Shown in pieces: positions 51,721 to 60,844 of a stretch of DNA of 64,000 bases. The stretch is taken from the NCBI GenBank assembly GCA_963745035.1, contig CAVUVW010000016.1, forward strand, positions 64,001 to 128,000. The letters run 5' to 3'. Within the stretch, counting starts at the first letter, position 1, and each line of letters opens with the position of its first letter. The DNA is from an uncultured delta proteobacterium. Lineage in GTDB: Bacteria > Desulfobacterota > Binatia > UBA9968. Under the pieces are notes generated by a model that saw only the letters and a program-made list of their open reading frames with translations, did not search any database and was not told the origin of the DNA. The translations under genes were made by a program, and so were the position numbers.

Positions 51721-52851
51721 TCATAATCCGTACAGCGCCGCGGCGTTGTCGCGGTAGACTTTGCGTTTTACGTCCTCCGGCAGGTGGGCCGAGTCTTTGG
51801 CGACGATGTCCTGGGAGAACGGCCACGTGCTGTCCGGGTGCGGATAGTCCGAGCCCCACATGACGTGACCTTCGCCGAAGAATTGGACGAGATGGAGGCC
51901 GACGAAATCGGTTTGAAACGTCGCCCAAACCTGGCGCTTGAAAATTTCGCTGGGCATCGATTTGAGAGGAATCTCCGCGGCCTTTCTACGCTCGAATTGC
52001 CGCTTGTAGCGGTAGTCCATTTCCTGCACGACGAAGGGAATCCAGCCGATGGCGGATTCGGCGAGGCAAAATTTAAGCTTGGGATGGCGCTCGAGGGTTC
52101 CGAAGTTGAACATGTTGACGAACGGATTGAAGAATGAAGTGGCGCCATTGCTGAGGCCCATGTCGAAGGTGCCTTGGCGCTCGCCGGGCTTGACGGCGTC
52201 GATCGTCGCCCTGACGGTGCCACTCTGCGTGCTGCCACCGACGTGATAGGAAACCACGATGCCGGCGTCTTCGGCGGCGTCCCAGAACACGTCCCAAGGT
52301 TTCATATTCATTTCAAGGGTCACGTCATTGACGAGAAAATTGGCCTCGCGAAAGCCCAACTTTGCCACCCGCGTGACCTCGTCGCGCGCGGCTTCGGCGT
52401 CGACGGAAGAAAGCATGGCGACGGGAAAGAAACGTTTTGGCGCGGTCTTGCCGAATTCCAGGGCCCAATCATTATAGGCTTGGACGCAAGCGTTTCGCAG
52501 TTCGGGCTCGCCCACTTGCATGGCGATGATCGGGGGAAACATGAGCGAGGCCTGGACGCCGTCGCGATCCATGTCGGTGAGACGTTTTTCCGAAGTGGTC
52601 GGGCGGTGCGCTTCACCGACGCCGCCCCGATCGAGAGCGAGGCGCGTGCGATTGGACTTCGCAAACCAGCGCTCGCCGCGATACTCGGCCCAGGTTTCGC
52701 CGTCGCACACCCAGTACTCGCCCTTTTCGCCGCGGTCTTCGACGTGCGGTGCGCGCTCGCGCAAATTGTTCGGCAGCCGTTCCGTCCATAAGTCTCTCGG
52801 CAAATACCCCAAATCGATGTGATCGTCGGCGGAAATCATCGTGAAGGTCAT
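51721..52851 (-). CDS. Amidohydrolase family 2 protein
   Basis: ISADDHID; DMDRDGV; LAESAIGW; WGSDYPHPDSTWP. Confidence 0.92.
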   Translation of the reverse strand: MTFTMISADDHIDLGYLPRDLWTERLPNNLRERAPHVEDRGEKGEYWVCDGETWAEYRGERWFAKSNRTRLALDRGGVGEAHRPTTSEKRLTDMDRDGVQASLMFPPIIAMQVGEPELRNACVQAYNDWALEFGKTAPKRFFPVAMLSSVDAEAARDEVTRVAKLGFREANFLVNDVTLEMNMKPWDVFWDAAEDAGIVVSYHVGGSTQSGTVRATIDAVKPGERQGTFDMGLSNGATSFFNPFVNMFNFGTLERHPKLKFCLAESAIGWIPFVVQEMDYRYKRQFERRKAAEIPLKSMPSEIFKRQVWATFQTDFVGLHLVQFFGEGHVMWGSDYPHPDSTWPFSQDIVAKDSAHLPEDVKRKVYRDNAAALYGL

Positions 52852-53007
52852 TTTTTGGTTCTCCTCCAGGTCGTGCGTAGTCTTTTCTCGGACAATTTTA
52901 ATTCTAAACGCCAACGAGCTGCTGGTGTCAAGCCGCGCGCCAAGTCGCCGCGCCGACGAATCTAAAGGGACGAGCAGATGCGAGAACAGGCTTCGCGGGA
53001 CGGTTTT

Positions 53008-53910
53008 TCAGTTCAAATCCCAGTAGGCAAACCCCATGGCGCAGCCGACGCCGGTGGGGGTGCGGTAGAGCGGCTGGTATTCGATCATCTTGCCCGGGCG
53101 ATTGGCCGCCGCGGCCGTGACGATCCAGTTGCGTATTTCAGACGTGCCTTCGATTAAGAGAGGCGCGGGCATGGCGGCCATGTAATCCTGGTCGTTGTGT
53201 TCGAGCGCACGCATGAAATCCTGATCCAGCTTCTCGTCGATCTTCGTGTGGCTGAGGCCGCCCGAGCCGACGATGACGACCCGTTCCTCTCCGGGTAAAC
53301 GCTTCAGCACGCGCGCCAACGCGTGTCCGAATGTGGCGCAGCGTTTCGCCGAGGGCGCCGGCGGATAGTACGTGTTGACCATGACCGGAATTACCGCACA
53401 GCTTGCGTCCGGGCTCAAGAATTTAAGCACGCGCGCGAAAGCGTGGCCTAGGCCGCCGTCATACCGGGTTTTTTTTGAATAGGACGGGTCGAAGCCTTCA
53501 TCCATCAGGCTGTTGACCAACGCCTCGCCTATCTTGCTGTGGACGCGATAGGTCGTGCGATTCTCCGACTTGGGTTGGTTCAAATAGCGCAGGCTGACGC
53601 TAGCCTCGGCTTCATCGCCCATGTAGATCGTAAAGGGCGGCATGTTGTCATCGACCAAATTCTCGTGCTGGTCGTCACCGACGACCATAATCACGTCGGG
53701 GCGTGAAGCTGCGATTGTTTCGCGCAGCTTACCGATCGCCGCCATGCAACTGTTCCACTTTGCCCATCTCACTTCCTGGGTTTCATTTTCCAGGCCCGGT
53801 TTGTCGGGCAAGCGTTCGCCTTGCCGATTATTCAACAGATGCCAGTAGTCCGGATTGAGCATCAACTGGGGAGCGTGTGACATGGCTGCGCAAGCGATTA
53901 GTTTTGCCAT
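53008..53910 (-). CDS. Class III extradiol ring-cleavage dioxygenase, LigB-like subunit
   Basis: SHAP; VGDDQHEN; GHAF; GSGGLSH; GTSEIRNW. Confidence 0.88.
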   Translation of the reverse strand: MAKLIACAAMSHAPQLMLNPDYWHLLNNRQGERLPDKPGLENETQEVRWAKWNSCMAAIGKLRETIAASRPDVIMVVGDDQHENLVDDNMPPFTIYMGDEAEASVSLRYLNQPKSENRTTYRVHSKIGEALVNSLMDEGFDPSYSKKTRYDGGLGHAFARVLKFLSPDASCAVIPVMVNTYYPPAPSAKRCATFGHALARVLKRLPGEERVVIVGSGGLSHTKIDEKLDQDFMRALEHNDQDYMAAMPAPLLIEGTSEIRNWIVTAAAANRPGKMIEYQPLYRTPTGVGCAMGFAYWDLN

Positions 53911-53917
53911 AATTTTC

Positions 53918-53999
53918 GGTCTCGGGTCTGGAGTTCAGCGTCTCGGGTTTCAGTACTTAGGTCGCAACAACCCAAGACTCGAGACGCTAGACGCAAAAC
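53918..53999. repeat. Inverted heptamer repeat (GTCTCGG / CGAGACN)
   Basis: ggtctcg ggtctgg agttcag cgtctcg ggtttca...cccaaga ctcgaga cgctaga cgcaaaa. Confidence 0.7.
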
Positions 54000-54005
54000 A
54001 GCTCT

Positions 54006-55049
54006 TTACGCGTGAGCGGCTTTCATGTCGGACAGCTCCGGCACGTTCACGTTCAATTTGGACCAGCTTGCGCCGCTGTCTTCGCTGCCGAAAAGATCGC
54101 CGCTGCGCTGAGCGGCATACATGCAATCCGCGTTTTCGGGGTCGAACGCAAAGCTCTCGACGAAACTCTTGTTGGCCTTGGAAACCTCGCCGTCGAGCTT
54201 GTGCCAGTTCTTGCCGCCGTCGGTCGATTGAATCAGAAACGCTTCGGCCCCGGTTTCGCGCCGGCGCCATTGCCCTGGTTGACCGTTGGCAACCGCGGAA
54301 TAAATCACGTTGGCTTTTTTCGGATGAATCGCGAGCGGAACGGAGTACTCCTCTTTGAAATCGGCGGCCATCGGCGCCCAGTTTTTGCCGCCATCCTGGC
54401 TCGAGTAGAGCGCGCGGCCCGGAGCTTTGCCGGCGCGGCAGTCATGGCCGCCGGTGGCGATGAAGATTTTATCGCTGTCTTCGGGATGGAGCACGATGGT
54501 GTGGACGTCGCAGTCGAGGTTTTTATTGAGCAGTTCCCAATTTCTCCCGCCGTCGATGGTCTTGAGCATGTAGCCGACTTGCAAGGCGACGTACATGGTC
54601 TGAGGATTTTTCGGATCGATGGTGATGTCCCTGACGTGAGGCTCGACGACGGCTACCGGGTAGGTAATTGTAGAAACCCAGGGGATATTCCAAACCGAAT
54701 CGAGTCGATCCCAACTCTTCGCGCCGTCCTTGCTGACAAAAACGTCGATGGGCTCGGTGCCGGCGTAGAGCGTATTGGCATCATGCGGATCGAAGCTCAG
54801 GCAGCGCACTTTTCCCGGACCGCGCTTGCCGTAACTGGGCTTTTTCCACGTAGCGCCGAAATCTTCGCTTAGCCAAACGCCGTCGCCACGGGTGCCGGCG
54901 AAGACCTTATTGGGCGCCGACGGCGATACCGCGACTTCGGGAACTTCCCAATCTTTGAGGCCGTGAGAGGCGACTTTCCAATCGCGTCCGTCGCCGCTCT
55001 TGAGTGTCACCACGCCTTCATCGGTGCCGACGTAAAGGATCGAGGCCAT
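54006..55049 (-). CDS. BNR/Asp-box repeat beta-propeller protein
   Basis: Repeated S/T-x-D-x-G-x-x-W boxes (SEDFGATW, SKDGAKSW, TIDGGRNW, SQDGGKNW, STDGGKNW, SEDSGASW). Confidence 0.88.
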   Translation of the reverse strand: MASILYVGTDEGVVTLKSGDGRDWKVASHGLKDWEVPEVAVSPSAPNKVFAGTRGDGVWLSEDFGATWKKPSYGKRGPGKVRCLSFDPHDANTLYAGTEPIDVFVSKDGAKSWDRLDSVWNIPWVSTITYPVAVVEPHVRDITIDPKNPQTMYVALQVGYMLKTIDGGRNWELLNKNLDCDVHTIVLHPEDSDKIFIATGGHDCRAGKAPGRALYSSQDGGKNWAPMAADFKEEYSVPLAIHPKKANVIYSAVANGQPGQWRRRETGAEAFLIQSTDGGKNWHKLDGEVSKANKSFVESFAFDPENADCMYAAQRSGDLFGSEDSGASWSKLNVNVPELSDMKAAHA

Positions 55050-55178
55050 AATCGGTTACCTCCCTTAGATAAGAGCTGAAATACTACAGAAGGAGGCAGG
55101 CGACAAGGCAATCCTAACGGCAGAAGGTTCAATTCGTTCAAAACGTTCAAATCGTGAGGACATCGAACACTCCGGCCG

Positions 55179-56336
55179 CTACTCCGCGGCGAATGAGGCG
55201 ACATGCGCCCAGGCGTGCGTCTCGGCCCACATCATCACTTCAGGCGAGCCGGTGTAGTCGAGCGGGTTCTGAGCGATGACGCCGAACAAACGTTTCTCGT
55301 TCCAGCTCCGGTTAAAGACGACCCGGCGTGCTCCGGGCAATGCGGTCTCGACTGCGTCGATGACCCGGTCGGCGGCTTCGGCGCTGCCGGAAACCGATTT
55401 CAGCACGTCGCGGCGCAGCGCGAGAATGAAGCCCTGCGTCTCCCCGGGTGTGCTGTTATCGACCTTGGCATAGAGCTCCGGGTTCTTGCCTTCTTCAGCC
55501 CAAGTGCTGCGGCTCGGCGACCAAATCTCGGTTGCCTCGAACTCTACGGGCTCCGGCTTTTCCAGATACTCGCCGGTCCATTTGCGGTTGCTGGCCTCGC
55601 TCCACGACAAGCGGCCGAACGGCAGCCATTTCGACTGGCCCGGCCGGTTTTGGAAAGAGCGGATCGACGTGGGACGCGGCATAAGATCGATCAGTTTGGT
55701 CATCGGCGCGACGATGTGGCGCCAGGTTTCCCAACGGTAGAGCGGCGGCTCCGGACCGGCGAGCAGGCAGGCAATTCGCATATTCGGCCGGTTCCAGGGG
55801 AAAACAATCGCGAAGCGGGCGAACGGTCCATCGCCGAACGGCCAGGGAGGCTGCCCGTCAGGCTTTGGGCGAGGGGCGCCGGAATCGGGAGGCTCTTGCC
55901 GCGCGAGCCATGGCTCGCCGGTGGCGTCGAAGATTGCGAGCGCCTGATCTGCGATGGCATCGTAAAATTGCTGCGACTTGACCGACTCGCCCGAATCGTA
56001 TCCGCGCGGGCCGAATTCGAACCAGTCCCCACCGCGCCGGCCGCCATGCGCGTCGCGCGGCGTCAGCCTTCGTCGGTCATAGAAAATGTGGCCGACGTTA
56101 ATCTTGTCGATGAGCAGGTGTTTCCACGGCCCGTCGGTGAAGCCATCGGGTCCGGTCCGCCCGACTTCGACGACGAAGCTGCCGCCTGCGCTATAGAATT
56201 GAACCATCAGGTAGTCGATGCGGCCCGGCATGCGCCGGCGGAAATGGGGGAATGAGCCGGCGAACCCGCGCTCCCGAAGCGCCGGCACAAAGCGGGTCTT
56301 CAAAGCACTCATCATTCGCTCACGATGCTCGGTCAT
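55179..56336 (-). CDS. DUF4304-like N-terminal domain fused to an unknown domain
   Basis: FVPALRERGFAGSFPHFRR...QF..GGSFVVE; Pro-rich linker; second ~200-aa domain. Confidence 0.6.
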   Translation of the reverse strand: MTEHRERMMSALKTRFVPALRERGFAGSFPHFRRRMPGRIDYLMVQFYSAGGSFVVEVGRTGPDGFTDGPWKHLLIDKINVGHIFYDRRRLTPRDAHGGRRGGDWFEFGPRGYDSGESVKSQQFYDAIADQALAIFDATGEPWLARQEPPDSGAPRPKPDGQPPWPFGDGPFARFAIVFPWNRPNMRIACLLAGPEPPLYRWETWRHIVAPMTKLIDLMPRPTSIRSFQNRPGQSKWLPFGRLSWSEASNRKWTGEYLEKPEPVEFEATEIWSPSRSTWAEEGKNPELYAKVDNSTPGETQGFILALRRDVLKSVSGSAEAADRVIDAVETALPGARRVVFNRSWNEKRLFGVIAQNPLDYTGSPEVMMWAETHAWAHVASFAAE

Positions 56337-56394
56337 ATTGGACTAATGGGCCGGACGTCATCTGCACCCACGTTGTCAGTTGAAACAGTTGCAC

Positions 56395-56679
56395 TCAGAG
56401 TCGACGCCAAGCACTACGGAGCGCTGCAAGCCAGAGTCGTAGAACCTCAAATGACCGAGGTGGAACCACATCCGCGATGTCGCTGAGGCTAAAATCAAGA
56501 TCGCTCGCTTCAGACACATGCCGACCACCGACCTTTACTATCTCATCTGCTCCAGCGAGGACGACTTCATCGATACGTCTTCCGTCCGACAAGATTAAAG
56601 TCACCGTAGTGGCGCCATAAGATGACTCCGGAAAGGAGTGTGCTTTGGCAGCAAGTTTGTCTGAGATTTTCAGCCTCAT
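56395..56679 (-). CDS. Hypothetical protein (94 aa)
   Basis: ATG start; FPESSYGATTVTLILSDGRRI. Confidence 0.6.
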   Translation of the reverse strand: MRLKISDKLAAKAHSFPESSYGATTVTLILSDGRRIDEVVLAGADEIVKVGGRHVSEASDLDFSLSDIADVVPPRSFEVLRLWLAALRSAWRRL

Positions 56680-56865
56680 AATTAGGATAGCCTAACTGCT
56701 GGCCGGAGCCGCGCTCGGAAGACGCAGCGCAGACCAGCTCTTGCGGATATTAATATCAGCAAATGGCGCCGGCAAGAAAAAGGCTCACTAAGACGGTCTT
56801 TGCGGAACCGCAAACTTGTGGCATTGAGGTTTGACGCCTGTTCAGAACTGGCTTCGAGATCCGAC

Positions 56866-57813
56866 TCAATATCCCAACTCTTTGTCGACCAAGTTTTGCA
56901 GCGGCTCGCCGGCAATGAAGCGGAGCAGGTTCTCCTGGAAAATCGGTAACAGGGGCGCCCATTTCTGGCTCGTAATGCCGGCGATGCGTGGGGTGATGAT
57001 CACGTGCGGGAGATTCCACAGTTCGGAATCTTCGGGCAGCGGTTGCTTTGGGAAGGCGTCGAGGGCAGCGCCGGCTATCCAGCGCTCCTTGAGCGCAAGC
57101 ACGAGCAAACTTTCCTCGATGGCGCGGCCGCCGGTGAGATTGATGAGATAGGCGCTTGGCTTCATCAGACGCAATTCATGCTCGCCGATGATGTTGAACG
57201 TCAAGGGCACCGAGGCGAGAAGTAGTACCACGAAGTCGGACTGCGAGAGCAGTTTTGGCAGAAGGTCCGGCCCGCCTAGCTCGTCGACGTAGTCAGGTTT
57301 CGGGATGGCAGTGCGCTTGGTCGCGATCACGCGCATGCCGAGTGCCTTGGCTTTACGTGCTAGGTCCGAACCCGCGACTCCTAACCCGACGATCCCCAAA
57401 GTTTGGCCTTCGATCTCGAACGGCTGGAGTCGCTTCCACTCCTTTGCTCTCTGCGCGTCCATGCACTGCGGCAGTTTCTTCGCGAACGCGAGCATGCATG
57501 CGAGAGCGAATTCCGAAAATACTGTGCCGTGAATGCCCTTGGAGCCGGTGACTTGGATGGGTCGCGTCTTTACCTGCGGCGTGAGATAGGTATTGACGCC
57601 GCCGCGCGTGACGTGAAGCCAGCGGAGGTTCGGCATCTTCTCGACGAGCGAATCGGGCAGAGGCTCTTCGGTGAAAACGCCTGCCACTTGGCTGAGCCAT
57701 TCCGGGTTGGTCTCACTGTCGTCGCATTGGCGCAATTCGCAGTTAGGAGCAGCTTGTCGCAGTGACGCCAAGTCTTCAACGGAAAGCTTCACGCGTAGCC
57801 ATACGCGAGTCAT
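56866..57813 (-). CDS. D-2-hydroxyacid dehydrogenase
   Basis: TLGIVGLG; GMRVIA; MKPSAYLIN; IAGAALDAF; EDSELW..PHVIITP. Confidence 0.9.
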   Translation of the reverse strand: MTRVWLRVKLSVEDLASLRQAAPNCELRQCDDSETNPEWLSQVAGVFTEEPLPDSLVEKMPNLRWLHVTRGGVNTYLTPQVKTRPIQVTGSKGIHGTVFSEFALACMLAFAKKLPQCMDAQRAKEWKRLQPFEIEGQTLGIVGLGVAGSDLARKAKALGMRVIATKRTAIPKPDYVDELGGPDLLPKLLSQSDFVVLLLASVPLTFNIIGEHELRLMKPSAYLINLTGGRAIEESLLVLALKERWIAGAALDAFPKQPLPEDSELWNLPHVIITPRIAGITSQKWAPLLPIFQENLLRFIAGEPLQNLVDKELGY

Positions 57814-57906
57814 CGCGACTCTCGTATAGCAATGCCCATGAGCTGTCAATCAAACTTTCATTGACGGCAGTCGAATCTACCGTGTTACTAAGCCGACAAA
57901 TTCGAC

Positions 57907-58660
57907 GTGGAGGCCGACAATCCAAAATCGAAAATTTAAAATCCAAAATCTGAAGCGCCGTCTCATCGAGGCCATTCAGGTCATTACCGGCGAGGGCGTG
58001 CTTTCAGGTTCGGGGCATCTGAGCACGCGTATTTCCGGCACGGAAACGTTTCTGATTAACCCGCGCTTCGCCGGCGCGCTCGCCGATGTCAAAGACATCT
58101 GCACGGTGGATTTTTCCGGGAAACGCATTGCAGGCAAGGGTCCGATTCCCTCCGAGACGCCGATCCACGCGGCGGTTTACCGGAAGCGGCCCGATGTCGG
58201 GAGCGTGATTCACTGCCACGCACGCTATTCGATCCTCGTCGGCTTGCTCGAGTCCGGTCTCGTTCCTTTCAACCGCGAGGCGCGGATCTTCGCCGACGGT
58301 GTGCCGGTCTTTCCCGATAGCCGCGGCATCAACGACTTCGCTCTGGCCGAACGAATGGTCGCCAATCTCGGACCGCATTGGGCGACGTTTCTGCGCGGGC
58401 ACGGGGTTGTCGTCGTTGGTCCCGGTATTGAAGGCGCCTGCATCTCGGCGATTCAACTGGAACGCGCCTGCCAGGATCAGCTTCTAATGATGAGCATTTC
58501 CGACGTGAAGCCCATGGAAGACGCGGGTCGCGGACGGAACAATGCGAGATTGGAGAATCCGTATCGAGCTTGGCCGTTTCTTCTCTACAAGCATAAGGTG
58601 AAGTCGAGAGCACAGATTCGGGCCGGCATCCGGACGCTCAAAGAAGGCGAGCACTACTGA
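57907..58660 (+). CDS. Class II aldolase/adducin family protein; 5' start uncertain (heptamer repeat and frame break)
   Basis: GHLSTR; PSETPIH; RPDVGSVIHCH; LRGHG; frame open upstream of 57998 as KIQNLKRRLIEAIQV. Confidence 0.85.
57919..57953 (+). repeat. Heptamer tandem repeat (AATYNRA)5
   Basis: AATCCAA AATCGAA AATTTAA AATCCAA AATCTGA. Confidence 0.85.
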
Positions 58661-59856
58661 TGCGATTTTCGATCTGGTTTATGGGCAGAATTCGCAGCAG
58701 ACGGTTACTGGGTTGCGATTCCGAGCTCCTTCCCCCTTCGGCGGGGGAAGGTTGGGATAGGGGTGAAAAAAAAATCACCCCTTCCTTAGTCCTTCCCCGT
58801 CGAGGGGAAGGAAATGAGAATCGGAAATCGCGCGATAGCTATCAGCGAGGCCTCTTTGTCATTATACTTGCCCTTGGCTTTTTCGTCCTCGCATCCTTCG
58901 CCAAAGTCACGGCACAAGACAGGAAGCTCGACTCCTTTACAATTTCCTATGCGTCGGTGTCGGGAACGCGCGGGCCGCTCTGGATCGCCAAGGACCTGGG
59001 GCTTTTCGAAAAGTATGGCCTCGATGGCAATCTCGTTTATATCGCCTCGGGCGTCACGTCGGTCAACGCGCTGCTGGGCGGCAGCGTGGATATCATCGCG
59101 GCGTCGGGTTCCTCTGCTATCGGCGCGGCGGCGCGGGGCGCGCCCATCGTCATCATCGCCAGCCTCGGCCATATCGCTTACAAGCTGATCGCGCACCCCT
59201 CGATCACAACGGTTCAAGGGCTCAAAGGAAAAATCATCGGATCCAGCCGGATCGGCGCCGGGACCGATTTCGCTCTTCAACGCCTGCTCCCAAAACTTGG
59301 ATTAATTCCGGGCAAAGACGTGACCCTGCTTCCGACAGGGGTGAGCGAGTCGGACAGACGTTTGTTAATGTTGGTGCAGGGGAAGATCGACGCGACCCTC
59401 GGAACTGAAGATAATCTCCTGCAACTCGCGGCTAGGGGCATGAAATTTTCCGTGCTCGCGGATGTTTATGAAGCAGGAGTTTATACGACCGGTAGCGATA
59501 TCGCGACGAGCCGCCAGCTCGTGAAACAGAAACCGCGGCAGCTCAAGGCTTTCATCATGGCACTCACTGAAGGCACGTACATCGGCCGCACGCAAAAAGA
59601 GCAGGCACTGCGCGTGTTCAGAAAGTACTTGAAGATCGAGGATCCCAAGATGCTCGATTCGATGCACAAAAATTACCTGCTCGGATCGATCCCGGAGCGG
59701 CCCTTTCCGAAAGAAGAAGCGATTCAAAACGACATCGAAGATCTGAGCCAGACCTACGCCCATCTCAAGGGCCGAAGAGCCGGCGAGTTCCTCGATCTAT
59801 CCCTGCTCAAGGCTCTCGACGATGAGGGTTTCTTCAAAAAACTCTACGGCAAGTAA
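58660..59856 (+). CDS. ABC transporter substrate-binding protein (SsuA/NMT1-like); start uncertain
   Basis: PLWIAKDLGLFEKYGL; GSSRIGAGTDF; close paralogue of 45416-46469; ATG overlaps upstream TGA. Confidence 0.85.
   Translation: MRFSIWFMGRIRSRRLLGCDSELLPPSAGEGWDRGEKKITPSLVLPRRGEGNENRKSRDSYQRGLFVIILALGFFVLASFAKVTAQDRKLDSFTISYASVSGTRGPLWIAKDLGLFEKYGLDGNLVYIASGVTSVNALLGGSVDIIAASGSSAIGAAARGAPIVIIASLGHIAYKLIAHPSITTVQGLKGKIIGSSRIGAGTDFALQRLLPKLGLIPGKDVTLLPTGVSESDRRLLMLVQGKIDATLGTEDNLLQLAARGMKFSVLADVYEAGVYTTGSDIATSRQLVKQKPRQLKAFIMALTEGTYIGRTQKEQALRVFRKYLKIEDPKMLDSMHKNYLLGSIPERPFPKEEAIQNDIEDLSQTYAHLKGRRAGEFLDLSLLKALDDEGFFKKLYGK
58726..58813. repeat. CCTTCCCC-type palindromic doublet
   Basis: CCTTCCCCC-TTCGGC-GGGGGAAGG; GGGGTGA...TCACCCC; CCTTCCCC-GTCGA-GGGGAAGG. 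Confidence 0.8.
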
Positions 59857-59879
59857 TCTCCGTTTACAGCGGACCTTCA

Positions 59880-60283
59880 TTGAGCGCGCCTTCCAAACCC
59901 CGCATTTTGTATTATGAGCTTCCCGGCCAATGGACTCTGCTCGTCGGCGCTTCGGACGCCGACAACGATTATCTCAGCCTCGAAGTAGCACAGCCCGCAG
60001 ACTGGTGGTTTCACGCGGACAAAGTTCCGGGCAGCCACGTGATTCTTCGCGCGAAAGCCGATGAAGAGCCGAGCGCCGACACTCTGCGCCAAGCGGCGAG
60101 CTGTTGCCGGATATCACAGCAAAGCGCGCATGGCCGGGCATCATTCCAGTTCACTGCACGCGGGCGCGGTACGTCACCAAGCCGCGCGGCGTCAAAACCG
60201 GGACCGTCAATGTGAAACACGGCAAAACTTTAAAAGTCCGGCCCGACATCAGTTTCGCAACGCGGAAGCGCTCGGAGAATTGA
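59880..60283 (+). CDS. Stand-alone NFACT RNA-binding (DUF814-like) domain protein, frameshifted near 60100-60140
   Basis: VGASDADNDYLS; DWWFHADKVPGSHVILR; YHSKAR; VTKPRGVKTGTV. Confidence 0.8.
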
Positions 60284-60327
60284 TCAGCACTGTTCTGTTT
60301 GGGCTATATCGCGAAACGGACCCATAC

Positions 60328-60398
60328 CGTCATTCCGGCGCATGCCGGAATCCAGGCCTTCTGAAAACGGACTGGACACCAGCCTTGGCCGGTGCGAC
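60328..60398. repeat. Inverted CGTC-type REP pair upstream of the GIY-YIG gene
   Basis: CGTCATTCCGGCGCATGCCGGAATCCAG, 16 nt, CTGGACACCAGCCTTGGCCGGTGCGAC. Confidence 0.85.
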
Positions 60399-60479
60399 AA
60401 GGCAATTTGTGGGATCTTGATCGAGGTTTTAAGCGTAATTAGAGTCTTCTCCGGCTGACGTGAGCTTCAAGTCTGGAAA

Positions 60480-60767
60480 ATGAAGCAGCCGTGCGTTTAT
60501 TTATTGGCGAGCAGACGGAACGGCACTTTGTATGTAGGAGTGACTTCGGATCTTGTTCAACGCGTTTGGCAACACAAGAACGACGTTATCGAGGGTTTCA
60601 CAAAGCGTTACGGGGTGCACACGCTGGTCTGGTATGATTCTTGTGGTAGCATGACGACGGCGATCGCAAGAGAAAAGGCAATCAAGGAATGGAAACGGGC
60701 CTGGAAAATTCGATTGATTGAGGAAAAGAATCCCGAGTGGAGAGACCTGTACGAGGAGCTGTTATGA
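60480..60767 (+). CDS. Small stand-alone GIY-YIG nuclease family protein
   Basis: CVYLLASRRNGTLYVGVTSDLVQRVWQHK; FTKRYGV; AIAREKAIKEWKRAWK; NPEWRDL. Confidence 0.93.
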   Translation: MKQPCVYLLASRRNGTLYVGVTSDLVQRVWQHKNDVIEGFTKRYGVHTLVWYDSCGSMTTAIAREKAIKEWKRAWKIRLIEEKNPEWRDLYEELL

Positions 60768-60768
60768 A

Positions 60769-60795
60769 TGGACACCGGCCTTCGCCGGTGTGACG
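60769..60795 (-). repeat. CGTC-type REP 1 nt after the GIY-YIG stop codon
   Basis: Minus strand CGTCACACCGGCGAAGGCCGGTGTCCA. Confidence 0.85.
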
Positions 60796-60844
60796 ACTAA
60801 ACAACTTCATTAAACAGCACGTCGAGTACTACGAGGGAAGAAAC

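Noticed and set aside
55203-56255. Long antisense ORFs (also 7771-8511, 22076-22957, 25617-26756) and the alternative-frame ORF 35153-36325
   Set aside because: Expected shadows of real genes in GC-rich DNA; they show no protein motifs.
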